Part shown: in pieces, positions 1 to 9,256 of the stretch
Layout: every line of letters starts with the position of its first letter
How positions within the stretch are numbered: the first letter of the stretch is position 1
Assembly: GCA_963722095.1 (NCBI GenBank)
Contig: CAVRJR010000002.1
Span: 129,141 to 193,140 of the forward strand
Origin: Candidatus Bathyarchaeota archaeon
GTDB taxonomy: Archaea > Thermoproteota > Bathyarchaeia > Bathyarchaeales > Bathycorpusculaceae
Reading direction: 5' to 3'
Length of the DNA stretch: 64,000 nt
Made by a program: the position numbers and the translations under genes
The notes under the pieces: generated by a model
Databases searched by the model: none
What the model saw: only the letters and a program-made list of their open reading frames with translations
What the model was told of the DNA's origin: nothing

Positions 1-225
1 TCACGTGCTATGTATGGAATGATGTTGATGGGTGGTCTTACGGGTACACGCGCCGACGCTTCATTGTGTAAAGAGTGCAAACAATGTATCGAACGTTGCC
101 CACAGCATATCGCAATCCCTGAACTTTTGAAATCAGTGTCAAAGGAGCTGGGGGGCGCTAAGACAGAAGCGATGCTTGCGATGATGAAAAACGGGCCGCC
201 TCAAAAAACAGACAAAACAGCATAA
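1..225 (+). CDS. 3' end of a 4Fe-4S protein, probably the C-terminal Fe-S domain of an aldo/keto reductase (partial)
   Basis: ASLCKECKQCIERCPQHIAIPELLK: CxxCxxCxxxCPQ motif typical of AKR-fused ferredoxin tails; ORF runs off the window start. Confidence 0.7.
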   Translation, partial: SRAMYGMMLMGGLTGTRADASLCKECKQCIERCPQHIAIPELLKSVSKELGGAKTEAMLAMMKNGPPQKTDKTA

Positions 226-399
226 GGCGAACAAAGACTAAGCCTGTTGTACAACGAAAACCTGTATTTATCCATTCGAAACATGCCGTTGAAAGCTTAG
301 AGAATTACAAGGGCGTCTGATTTAGAAGACAAGCGGTCAGCGGAATCCAAGTTTCTTAAGGTTTTTATTCAAACGTTTGCACAAAGAGAATGATGCTGA

Positions 400-789
400 A
401 TGGATACCTTCAATATTGCGGAATGTGAACTTTTTTGGGATACTCGAAAAAAGACGTCGAAAAGAAATAAACAAACCATTAAGAAAGAAATTAAAGCATT
501 ATCAACTGCCATCGGAAAGACAATTCGATTCCTTAAGGAAGCGGCCTTAGACGGCTCTGAACCGACAGTGACATTTCTTCTTGGCGGAAACTCTGAGTAC
601 GAGCTTGCTCTTTGGCTTGCCAACTCGACAAGTTTAGTGCAGGCAGGCGAAGAGCCTCGCTTTGAAATGAACATAAGAGACCAATCTGGTCAATTCATAG
701 CGTATATTTGCAGTGAAAAGTTTAGGATTGCATTGTGCCTCTTGGAGGGGGAAGCTGAGTATCTCAAGTCAGATACTGAGGCTGACTGA
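400..789 (+). CDS. hypothetical protein
   Basis: 129-aa ORF with plausible composition; no motif recognised. Confidence 0.55.
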   Translation: MDTFNIAECELFWDTRKKTSKRNKQTIKKEIKALSTAIGKTIRFLKEAALDGSEPTVTFLLGGNSEYELALWLANSTSLVQAGEEPRFEMNIRDQSGQFIAYICSEKFRIALCLLEGEAEYLKSDTEAD

Positions 790-879
790 TGTTCTTGTTT
801 ACAGTAATGTTTATAGCGACCCAACAATGGGTAAAATGCAACGAAAAATCGATTATGTGAAAAAGGGTGGCGTTCGCAG

Positions 880-1743
880 ATGAATCCAGCAAAAGTGAAG
901 GTAGAGTTGACTCGGGAACTCGGTGTTTTCGACGTGACTTGGGAAACCCTGCAGGGCAGTACTGTTTCTGAAATTGTTTTCGTCGTGACTGACGAAGATT
1001 ACGCAACGAAGATTGGGGGCTTCTTAGGTTACATCCTCGAGCAAAACGAGAATGGCGGCAAAGTTCACTGGAAAGAATGCCCTGAAAAGTACCAATTTGA
1101 TTACCAAGCCTATAGGTTCACCAACAACGAGAAACTTTACGCTGCTCCCATAAGAAACGAGGAAGTCATCAAAACTATTGGCGCAACCAAATATAGTATC
1201 CTGAAACGTAAAATGAACGCCGTAAAAGAACTCTACAATGCGGAGACCGACCTGCAAAGGCTTTTGCAAGAAATAAAAAGTAACTCCCCAACAAAAACAT
1301 CTGAAACAGTTTTAGCTGCTCAGAATTCCACTAATCAGAAAGACAGTAGTGAATATTTGAAACTACCCGTGAGCTGGGAAAAGAAGCTGGCAGATAACAA
1401 TGACCAAGTTAAGCTTTTGGCAAAAGACTTGCTGGTTTCTATTGCACACGAGTTTTACGATTTAACCGCTCACTCAAGTGGAGATGACCTTGAAATATGC
1501 AGAGGACCGATTGGGTTAAGCAATGGGTTTGCGGTGCTAATGCTTCGCAGAGATGGAGTAACCATTAGATTAAGGGCAAACATGAGAACACTTAATGATC
1601 CTCAAAAGTGGATTGGTGAAAAAACCTACAAATGGTATTTCACCGATGGAAAAGGCGAAGAAAAAGAAATTAAGATTACCGAGAAAGAGCAAATCGCGTA
1701 TGCTGTGGAACTGTTAAAGCACTCATACACATTGGCAAAATAA
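880..1743 (+). CDS. hypothetical protein, C-terminal region resembles DUF5655-like domains
   Basis: 287-aa ORF; C-terminus (IRLRAN..LNDPQ..W...EIKITEKEQIAYAVELLKHSY) has a DUF5655-like pattern; weak recognition. Confidence 0.5.
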   Translation: MNPAKVKVELTRELGVFDVTWETLQGSTVSEIVFVVTDEDYATKIGGFLGYILEQNENGGKVHWKECPEKYQFDYQAYRFTNNEKLYAAPIRNEEVIKTIGATKYSILKRKMNAVKELYNAETDLQRLLQEIKSNSPTKTSETVLAAQNSTNQKDSSEYLKLPVSWEKKLADNNDQVKLLAKDLLVSIAHEFYDLTAHSSGDDLEICRGPIGLSNGFAVLMLRRDGVTIRLRANMRTLNDPQKWIGEKTYKWYFTDGKGEEKEIKITEKEQIAYAVELLKHSYTLAK

Positions 1744-1936
1744 CAATTTTAGAGCATCAAACTTTTCCAACATTTCCCCGCATTCACCGCATGAGGCTTC
1801 GCTGAGCCACCACACCGCAAACCTAAGCCTCCGTTGCGGGACTTACCAGCAGCCCAAGCACCGTGCAAACCATAGCCAAAACAAGCCGCAAACTGACACA
1901 AACATCAGAGCAGAAACCTTACACTTTCAGGCCACA

Positions 1937-1995
1937 GGACGGGAATAGTCGGGAAGGAACGGGATGGAACGCTAAGAGACGGGAAAAAACGTGAC
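1937..1995 (+). repeat. degenerate 10-bp-period repeat with (A/T)CGGGA core
   Basis: ggacgggaat agtcgggaag gaacgggatg gaacgctaag agacgggaaa aaacgtgac: CG recurs every 10 bp six times. Confidence 0.6.
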
Positions 1996-2155
1996 TTGCA
2001 AACGGTTCAAGCCCCAAACAAACACAGCAACCCAAAACAAGTCCAATCGAAAACACCTGACCCTATAGGGATCTATGCTATTTTTGACAAATTCCTACAC
2101 AAAAAGCAAAAAAGTTCGCCAACGCCTTTCCTTTTCAGAGGCGCAGCCGACAGAC

Positions 2156-3580
2156 CTATCCAAACCATGCCATGCCAGGCTGATTGACAGATACCTGCAT
2201 TGGGGCGTACGAAGAATTCTGGGGGGACACCACGACGAATCCCGCGACTGAAATTACATGCACATTAAGAGTAGGGTTGTAACCCGTATTGGCGTAGCTG
2301 TATCTGGCGGTTGCGGCTGGGTTAGGGCACCAAATCAACACGTGCATGGTTTGCGTGCCGTCGAAGGGCGGCGCAACTAAACCGGGAAACAACGTGCCGT
2401 TCCCGTTTGGACCGACCTGGTAGCCTGTAACTCTGAAGTCGCTCGGAAACGCCCTCAGCTGCGAGGCAGTGAAATTCGCCGTGAAATTAACTTGCAGATC
2501 AACCATTGCCAGACTTACTGCCACAGCGGAGCAAATCAGAAGCAAGGAAAGCACCAAAGCTATCTGGGTGTTTCGGCTGCTCCAATGCTTGCATTTTGGC
2601 TTCGGAGCGGAGATGTTTCTTAGTCTCGTGTCCAGTCGGGGGTGGGTTGAAAGTATCCCGACTCTGTGCAGAACCGAAGAAGTGATGAGCAGATTCGACG
2701 AGAAGTTGACCAGCATGCTTTCCTTGGGCAAGTTCTGGATTGCCTTGCAGATTTTAGCCAGTGCGTTGCCAAGGGCCGTAGGCTTTTCAAGAAGCTCAAC
2801 TGCGCGTTCGTCAGCAAGCAGTTCTCTTTCTCTTTGAGCCGTTGAAGACGAAATATAAGCGAGCGGATTGAAGAATGAAACCGTTGTCAATGCGTTAGAG
2901 ATGGTTTTGAAAAAGAAATCGTTGTTCTTGACGTGCGCCAACTCATGAAAAGCAACCGCCGCCACCTCGTCCTTGCTCAATATATTAAGTAATCCAACGG
3001 AGAAAACGATTGATGCTCTTTTGCCGTACCCAATCGTGAATGCGTTAGGACGAAGGTCCTCAACAACACCGATTTTCGGAGCGCCGACGCCTAATTTCTT
3101 AGCTCCTTCAGTCACCTTTGCCTGCAACCAATGATGCTCTTCAGGAGCCAGCAAAATCACATGAAGAACCTTTCTTGCCAATCGGTCGTCAGCCAGAACC
3201 ATTGACAGGGCGAATAAGGCTCCTGCAATCAACCCGATGTAACACATTACCCCGGTAACTGAAAGCACAGTAGTCGTTGACGTGACCAATACCTGAGTGG
3301 GAAGAAAGGGGCAAAATGGCATTCCAGCCGACCCAGCTACGCTGATGGTTTTGATGTGCTGGTAGCTTGTCTGAATGCCTGTTGACGGAAAAGCGACAAG
3401 CATAACTGTCAGCGGAAGGACTAGCGGGAAAATGTACAGCAGACTCTTTGTTCTTTGACCTATGAAACTGCAATATCTAGTTAGGATTTTGACGCATACA
3501 AACGAAACAACGAGGAATATGACTGAATAATAGAAATACGGTTGAAAAATCTGGTTAAGGATGCCTTCAAAACCCATCAA
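2156..3580 (-). CDS. membrane Zn metalloprotease, M56 (BlaR1/MecR1-like)/M48 family
   Basis: N-terminal TM helices, PNAFT, HELAH zinc motif, RELLAD, THP..R; directly downstream of a BlaI-family gene. Confidence 0.85.
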   Translation of the reverse strand: MMGFEGILNQIFQPYFYYSVIFLVVSFVCVKILTRYCSFIGQRTKSLLYIFPLVLPLTVMLVAFPSTGIQTSYQHIKTISVAGSAGMPFCPFLPTQVLVTSTTTVLSVTGVMCYIGLIAGALFALSMVLADDRLARKVLHVILLAPEEHHWLQAKVTEGAKKLGVGAPKIGVVEDLRPNAFTIGYGKRASIVFSVGLLNILSKDEVAAVAFHELAHVKNNDFFFKTISNALTTVSFFNPLAYISSSTAQRERELLADERAVELLEKPTALGNALAKICKAIQNLPKESMLVNFSSNLLITSSVLHRVGILSTHPRLDTRLRNISAPKPKCKHWSSRNTQIALVLSLLLICSAVAVSLAMVDLQVNFTANFTASQLRAFPSDFRVTGYQVGPNGNGTLFPGLVAPPFDGTQTMHVLIWCPNPAATARYSYANTGYNPTLNVHVISVAGFVVVSPQNSSYAPMQVSVNQPGMAWFG

Positions 3581-3596
3581 AGCACGCCTTCCAAAC

Positions 3597-4046
3597 TCAC
3601 TTCTTCTTTGTTATGTTCCTGTTCAATTGCTCTTTAAGGGCATCGCGTTCGACCTCATTTAGGCAGGTTTCGTCAACTAAACAGTTAGCCACAACGTCGC
3701 CAAAGTTGTCAATAAGGCTTGAAAGAACCTCGCGAACAGCGGATTTCTGAAAGGACTGCTTTTCAAGCGCTGGCCAATAAACATAGTACAACCCGCCTCT
3801 GCCCTTCTCTATTTTGCGGTCAAGAAGATGCTTCTCAAACAGCCTATCCATCGTGGACATGACGGTTGTGTAGGCTAAACCTCTCGTTTTCTTAAGGGCT
3901 TCGTAGATTTCTCTCACTGTAACGGGTGTTTTCATTGAGCTCCAAATTGAATCCATGACGTTAGCTTCCAGCGGACCAAGGAAGGCTTCTAAAGCTTTGC
4001 CGTCTATGTTGTACTGCGAGAATTCGGGTTTTTTGTCTTCAGTCAT
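3597..4046 (-). CDS. BlaI/MecI/CopY family transcriptional repressor
   Basis: LGPLEANVMDSIW..TVREIYEAL..LAYTTVMSTMDRLFEKHLL; start set at MTEDKK (4046) because a BRE-TATA and an operator lie at 4060-4097. Confidence 0.9.
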   Translation of the reverse strand: MTEDKKPEFSQYNIDGKALEAFLGPLEANVMDSIWSSMKTPVTVREIYEALKKTRGLAYTTVMSTMDRLFEKHLLDRKIEKGRGGLYYVYWPALEKQSFQKSAVREVLSSLIDNFGDVVANCLVDETCLNEVERDALKEQLNRNITKKK

Positions 4047-4059
4047 AGCATGCAACCGC

Positions 4060-4080
4060 ATTACTATCATCTGTAGTAGC
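4060..4080. promoter_or_regulatory. palindromic operator TACTA-N7-TAGTA just downstream of the TATA box of the blaI-like gene
   Basis: attacta-tcatctg-tagtagc; the minus strand reads GGGAAAAGCTTAAAGA (BRE/TATA-like) immediately upstream. Confidence 0.65.
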
Positions 4081-4234
4081 TCTTTAAGCTTTTCCCAATT
4101 CAAATGAGCCTTTCTAGTTTCAAAAATGCGGCGAGCTGGTGGTAAGCTTGGTGTCTTTTCGGTTTTTTGTGCCGTGCTCGGTTAGCAGGTGGGCAGGCTC
4201 TGGCTGGGTGTACTGGTTGTTATAGTTGATAGCA

Positions 4235-4255
4235 GCTACTACCTTAAATAGTAGC
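4235..4255. promoter_or_regulatory. palindromic operator GCTACTA-N7-TAGTAGC enclosing a TATA-like CTTAAA upstream of the wHTH gene
   Basis: gctacta-ccttaaa-tagtagc is a perfect 7-7-7 inverted repeat with the same consensus as 4060-4080. Confidence 0.65.
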
Positions 4256-4288
4256 AGTGCACATAAATAACATTGCAGGTAAACCAAC

Positions 4289-4619
4289 ATGATAACAAAC
4301 GAACAACCTCTAAAACAGCTACTCGGATGGCTAATAACAGGAACAAAAGGCGGCAAAACCCGCGCCAAAATAATCACAAGCGTCAAAAACAACCCCCGCA
4401 ACGCAAACCAACTAGCCACACAGCTCAACGTCGACTACAAAACAATAAGGCACCACCTGACAATTCTTAGAAAAGAACAAACTCGTGGTCCCCGTCGGAG
4501 CCCACTATTCCACCGTGTACTTTCTCTCTCAGCCTATGGAAGATAACTATTCAGTATTCCAAGAAATAACTAGCAAGATGAGCGATGCAAAGAAAAGGGT
4601 GATTACAAGAATAGCTTAA
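4289..4619 (+). CDS. ArsR-like winged-helix regulator with an apparent +1 frameshift at ~4468
   Basis: GTKGGKTRAKII..PRNANQLATQLNVDYKTIRHHL; the domain continues in the +1 frame as EKNKLVVPVGAHYSTVYFLSQPMEDNYSVF..RIA* (stop 4617-4619). Confidence 0.75.
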
Positions 4620-4662
4620 ACCCTGCCTTTTTTACAGAAAAGGTGGGTAAGGAAGAGGGCTG

Positions 4663-5313
4663 TTAGGCTTCTAAGCTTGCTAGTCTCTGCCTCGTGTTGT
4701 CTGAGCCTACTTCTGGGAGTTGTTGTTTGAGTTTTCTTTCTGTGGCTAGTTCTGCTTCTTTTAGGATTGCTTCGGTTTCTGGGTCCATTCTTATGTTGTT
4801 GACGGGCATGTCTTGGGTTTGGCAGGTGGAGCCGGCTATGTCGTTTAGGAGGTTTCCGATGTTTCCAAGTTCGGTGCTTGCTTCTGGAAGGATATCGCAC
4901 ATTCCTGAGCGGATACTGTTAATGACGTTTTTTGCTGGGTTGAGCACCGCGACTAGGTCGCCCATTTCTGAGACTGTGTTGAGTCGCATGGATACGCTTT
5001 GCATGGCGAGGGATGCGTTTGTGAGCATATGCTCGATTTTGCGTATTTCCGAAAGCTCCGTGGCTAATATGTTGGCTCGTGCCTCGTCTCTTTCTGAGAA
5101 GGCATAAACGACGCGGTTGAATATGTCGGTGTCGCGGCTTTGAAAGCGCTGCACCGCGTTGTCTAAGGTTCTGGTCTGGATGTCTATGCGTTGAATGACC
5201 AGGGTGATTTGTTCCTTCAGGTTTTCCTGCGGTTTAACTACGTTTTTCACTTTCGATACAAGAGAAGGTTGCTCCTCTTTCTTTTTCCATCTGTCAACGA
5301 AACGGTTACCCAA
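4663..5313 (-). CDS. cdvB: ESCRT-III/Snf7 family protein (CdvB paralog)
   Basis: DEARANILATELSEIRKIEHMLTNASLAMQSVSMRLNTVSEMGDLVAVLNPA..ILPEASTEL..ILKEAE is characteristic of archaeal CdvB1/2. Confidence 0.85.
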   Translation of the reverse strand: MGNRFVDRWKKKEEQPSLVSKVKNVVKPQENLKEQITLVIQRIDIQTRTLDNAVQRFQSRDTDIFNRVVYAFSERDEARANILATELSEIRKIEHMLTNASLAMQSVSMRLNTVSEMGDLVAVLNPAKNVINSIRSGMCDILPEASTELGNIGNLLNDIAGSTCQTQDMPVNNIRMDPETEAILKEAELATERKLKQQLPEVGSDNTRQRLASLEA

Positions 5314-5698
5314 ATTAGTTCAACTCACTAAGGTCCTGTCCTAGGAAAGCGAAAATAAAAGAGTGTTTGAATTATTAGGTTAAACTTTGAGGCTGAGCGC
5401 GGGCTGTTTTTATGTTTCTCTTTAAAGCGTCTGTAGGCTTGGCTGGTTGTGTTCCGTGGCGTTTGAAAGGGACGCATGGAGAAGGCTGAGATTTTGTATA
5501 TAAGCAAGGCTCAGCGGTCGGGGTGTTTAGGTGGTTTTTTGCTGATGGTTTTGTTGTTTGCCTATTCTTGCGTGTGGCGAGTTGTGTTTGTCTCGTTGAG
5601 GATTAGGCGAACGGGTTTGCCCGCGTGATTCTGTGCATAGTTTCTTGAGACATACAAGCGCTTTTGTTCCCTGACGCCGCATCTACCTTCGATGAAAC

Positions 5699-6232
5699 TT
5701 GACCCAAGAAGCAGCCATCGTTAAGGCAGAGCCTACGGCACTCTACGCTACGCAGGAAACCAAGCAGGCAGAAAAAAGAAAGCAGGTCTCTATTCAGGAA
5801 CTCGTTGAATCCCTAAAAAGCACCGCAGATGACATTGGACAAATAAGCGAGTTGAGTTCGGAAGAAAAAATATTGGTGACCCAATTTTTCTCTTCTCTCC
5901 TTAAATTGATGCAGCCTCTATCTCCCACAATAGTCGTTGATCAATTAGCGCTTCCAGCCCAACTAGGCGACGTTGTCCAAGCTCATCTGGACCCCACGGG
6001 GCACCTAATTTTGCAGTACGAGGACAACCATGTAGAGCTTAAGGATTTGCGTGAAGAAAAAAACCGTGACATCCTGACTTCAGTCATTGAAGACGCCATG
6101 CCTAAGTTCAAGGGATTAGCCAGCATGCAAAGGCGCAAGCTTGAAAACCGAATCAAACTGCTCTCAAGCGTGACAAAAGAGATACAGAAAAGTGCCGAGG
6201 CTCTTTCCGCTGCGCTTTCCGCTGGCAAATAA
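5699..6232 (+). CDS. hypothetical helical/coiled-coil protein
   Basis: 177-aa ORF with amphipathic helices. Confidence 0.7.
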   Translation: MTQEAAIVKAEPTALYATQETKQAEKRKQVSIQELVESLKSTADDIGQISELSSEEKILVTQFFSSLLKLMQPLSPTIVVDQLALPAQLGDVVQAHLDPTGHLILQYEDNHVELKDLREEKNRDILTSVIEDAMPKFKGLASMQRRKLENRIKLLSSVTKEIQKSAEALSAALSAGK

Positions 6233-6240
6233 TCTCTTTC

Positions 6241-6546
6241 TTATTGCGAGCGAAGGTAGGTGGCGGTAAAGCTCGCGTCGTCAGCTGCAAGTTTTGCAGC
6301 TGTGGTTAACTGAGTGTTTAGGCCGTTCGTCATTTCTATTCGTGAAAAATAGTATGTTTTTATCGGGCTCGATTTGCTGTCTGCAGATAGATGGCAGCCC
6401 GCGAAAGTTACGCTTCCGAAATCTGCCAGAGTGCTAAGCTTGTTACTCACTGTCGGCCGTTCAAGTATCCATTCATCTGACGAACCCGTCGAGTTGTAGA
6501 CGACTGTGGTGCCGAAATATCGGCCAGTTGTTGAATCACTTATCAA
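6241..6546 (-). pseudogene. C-terminal fragment of a G1 (eqolisin/peptidase A4) glutamic peptidase
   Basis: SSDEWILERP..LADFGSVTF matches the G1 SAEWIxExP..LADFGTVTF motif; the N-terminal half and signal peptide are missing. Confidence 0.65.
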
Positions 6547-6641
6547 CTATCAAGTTTGGCTGTTTCGCAAAATTATGCCGCTCTAAGTTAATAACTTAAA
6601 TACTAAACCGTCACATTTCCGCTTGGCAAGCAGGGGCTTAT

Positions 6642-7085
6642 TTGAGCAGCAACACCAAGGACTCCGAAAGCAACGTTGAGGAACTAGGAAAAAAACTAGA
6701 CCAGATTCTGCGCCGCCTTGACCTGCTTGAGGAGCTTATTGTTGAGAAGCCCGAGTTCGAAGGGTTAACCGCAGCTTTGAGGCTCACAAGAGTAGGCATA
6801 GGCATGTACGGTGAACCGCTAAAAATTGCTGCTCGACTCAAAAACGCCGAGGTTTATCTCAAGCAGAACTTAATCGCACAAGATGAAATTTCAAGATGCA
6901 TAATCCAAGCCCTAGCCGTAAAAGGCGCCCTAAACATCTCAGCCATTACGAGGCAAATTACGTCGATGCGTGGCAAGGCAAGCAGACGCATCGTACGGGA
7001 AAGAGTCATCAAACTTCAAGACCAAGGCATTCTCATAAAGAACGCAGGGAAACCTCCAACATACGACTTAGCGCAGAAGGACTGA
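6642..7085 (+). CDS. putative regulator: N-terminal coiled coil plus C-terminal winged helix
   Basis: ISRCIIQAL..GALNISAITRQI..GKASRRIVRERVIKLQDQGIL. Confidence 0.7.
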   Translation: MSSNTKDSESNVEELGKKLDQILRRLDLLEELIVEKPEFEGLTAALRLTRVGIGMYGEPLKIAARLKNAEVYLKQNLIAQDEISRCIIQALAVKGALNISAITRQITSMRGKASRRIVRERVIKLQDQGILIKNAGKPPTYDLAQKD

Positions 7086-7133
7086 CCACCTGCGTGGTCA
7101 CTTTTGCACAGAACACCTAACTTCAGTGACCAC
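7083..7133. promoter_or_regulatory. TGACCAC-N4-GTGGTCA palindrome plus a third TGACCAC half-site
   Basis: tgaccac-ctgc-gtggtca at 7083-7100; tgaccac at 7127-7133, upstream of the 7151 gene. Confidence 0.55.
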
Positions 7134-7150
7134 CCCATTAATGTTCAGAG

Positions 7151-7474
7151 ATGAAAAACATGTCCCACGAAGAAAGAAAAGACAAAAAAATGGATCCAGA
7201 AAATGTCAAGGAGCTACTAAGCGTCGTTTCAACCGAAATACCGACAATGATCAAAAGCATAATGAGCAGTGTTTTCTCAGAAGAAGCCGGAAGAAACATG
7301 GGTAAAGCAGCCGCTGCGTACTACAAGGAACTCAAAACAGGCGGACTCCCAGACGAAGTTGCCGTCAAGCTGACACAGGAATACATGCAGACCTTCACCA
7401 ACATAGGCCAGCTTTTCAAAAACGCAGGCGGAAGCGGATTCGGCCGCTGGCATTCGGAAAAGCAAGACGAGTAG
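7151..7474 (+). CDS. hypothetical helical protein
   Basis: 107-aa ORF, first of an apparent operon. Confidence 0.75.
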   Translation: MKNMSHEERKDKKMDPENVKELLSVVSTEIPTMIKSIMSSVFSEEAGRNMGKAAAAYYKELKTGGLPDEVAVKLTQEYMQTFTNIGQLFKNAGGSGFGRWHSEKQDE

Positions 7475-7505
7475 CTTCCTTCTTTTTCTCTTTGAGGGTT
7501 AAGTA

Positions 7506-7760
7506 ATGAGTGAATCTAAAACAATGGTCACTGCAGCAGTGAAGTCAACGCCTTACATCGCCCGTTTGTCGCTGAGCCTAATTTGGATATACTTGACACT
7601 GGGCTACCGAGTACGCAAGACAAGAGGGGCATTTGAAAAACAACTCGTCGCTCAAGGCATGTCTAAAGATGATGCAAAACGCCTGAGCGCATCTTATGAA
7701 GATCTTAAAAACGAAATCACAGTTGGCTTAAAACAAGTTGTAATATCGCGGGGTCGGTGA
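7506..7760 (+). CDS. hypothetical protein
   Basis: 84-aa ORF with an upstream GAGG; stop overlaps the next start (GTGA). Confidence 0.7.
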   Translation: MSESKTMVTAAVKSTPYIARLSLSLIWIYLTLGYRVRKTRGAFEKQLVAQGMSKDDAKRLSASYEDLKNEITVGLKQVVISRGR

Positions 7761-8299
7761 TTGCTGTGTCAAACATATGGTTTAGACTGATGGCTTTAGA
7801 GTTCAAGATTCGAGATTTTCGCAGCCCCAGACGAAATGTCTTAGCAGAAGTCGGGTTAATGCAGGGTTTTCATGTGCTTGACTACGGCTGCGGACCAGGC
7901 GGTTACGTGCTCCCCGCATCAAAATTGATCGGCGAAACAGGCAGATTGTACGCCTTGGACGTCACTCCACTCGCCATAAAGATGGTGAAGAACATTGTTG
8001 CGAAGAACGATTTGAAAAACGTGGAGGCAATCCTTTCGGATTGTGCAACTGGATTACCCGATGAAAGCGTAGATGCAGTGCTGTTGTATGATGTATTTCA
8101 CGATTTAGAAGACCATACTGCAGTTCTAGCCGAGAGTCATAGGGTGCTAAAGCCAGATGGGGTTCTTTCTTTTAGCGATCACCACCTAAAAGAGCAGCAG
8201 ATAGTGTTATCGGTGACTGATGGAAAACTGTTCAGATGGCTAAGAAAACAAGAATACACCTACAGTTTTGGAAAAATCAAGAAAAATCATTCGGCTTAA
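7757..8299 (+). CDS. class I SAM-dependent methyltransferase
   Basis: VLDYGCGPG motif I; LPDESVDAV; RVLKPDG. Confidence 0.9.
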   Translation: MIAVSNIWFRLMALEFKIRDFRSPRRNVLAEVGLMQGFHVLDYGCGPGGYVLPASKLIGETGRLYALDVTPLAIKMVKNIVAKNDLKNVEAILSDCATGLPDESVDAVLLYDVFHDLEDHTAVLAESHRVLKPDGVLSFSDHHLKEQQIVLSVTDGKLFRWLRKQEYTYSFGKIKKNHSA

Positions 8300-8413
8300 C
8301 GAAAAAATTAAGTAAGTCAAAATAGATGAGGCAGAGTTTCGCCAATGAATCTGGACTCTATTCGAATACGGATTTGCTAATGCTTAATTCTTTGAGGGCG
8401 CAGTGTATTTTTT

Positions 8414-9253
8414 ATGTTCACTGTGAAATCGATGAGTGAAGGGGATTTTGGGTTTGCGACTGAACTCACGAACACCATGAACTGGAACATGGCGGACGAA
8501 GACTTCCAGTTTATGACTAATCTGGAGCCTGAAGGCTGCTTCGTCGCGTTTCACGGCAGGGAACGCGTTGGAATAGCGACAAGCATCAGTTTCGGCAAAT
8601 TAGGATGGTTCGGGAACCTAATAGTTAAAGAAAAATACCGAAACAAGGGTGCAGGTAACCTTCTCGTAAAACATGCAATAGGGTACCTTCAAAATAGGGG
8701 AGCCAAAACCGTCGGTCTTTACGCTGAGCCAAGCCTAAACGGCTTCTACAGCAAGTTGGGGTTCAAAGTTGATGAGGATTTCACGGTTTTACATACAGAA
8801 GCCTTGGGTTCCCTGACTTCGGAAGCTTTGCCAGCTGTGGGTAAGCCGCAGGTTAAGGCAATCGAGAGGTTTGATTACCGGTTTTCTGGAGGAGATAGGC
8901 AGAAACTGCTTGAATCCATCATACTTGAAAAAGGGAACCTAAGCTACTTCAAGTCTGAAGGCAGTGAAGTTGCAGGGTACATTGCAGCTACGGTTTACAT
9001 GAAAATGGCTTGGGTTGGACCAATGATATGCCAAGAAGGCAAAGTGGACATTGCAATCTCGCTTCTAAAAGCAGTTTTAGCCAATTTGGGGGGCAAAAGC
9101 GTGTACACAGTTCTTCCAAAGAAGGAGACAGCCCTCGCCGACATGCTTTTCAGCGTTGGCTTTAAGGAAGATTTTTCTGTGTCAAGGATGTTTTTAGGTC
9201 CAGCCGTGGCAAAAAATTGTATATACATGGCTGAATCTTTAGAACGAGGATAA
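8414..9253 (+). CDS. tandem GNAT N-acetyltransferase (YitH-like)
   Basis: LIVKEKYRNKGAG acetyl-CoA motif, FYSKLGF, second GNAT domain, C-terminal ERG. Confidence 0.85.
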   Translation: MFTVKSMSEGDFGFATELTNTMNWNMADEDFQFMTNLEPEGCFVAFHGRERVGIATSISFGKLGWFGNLIVKEKYRNKGAGNLLVKHAIGYLQNRGAKTVGLYAEPSLNGFYSKLGFKVDEDFTVLHTEALGSLTSEALPAVGKPQVKAIERFDYRFSGGDRQKLLESIILEKGNLSYFKSEGSEVAGYIAATVYMKMAWVGPMICQEGKVDIAISLLKAVLANLGGKSVYTVLPKKETALADMLFSVGFKEDFSVSRMFLGPAVAKNCIYMAESLERG

Positions 9254-9256
9254 ACC

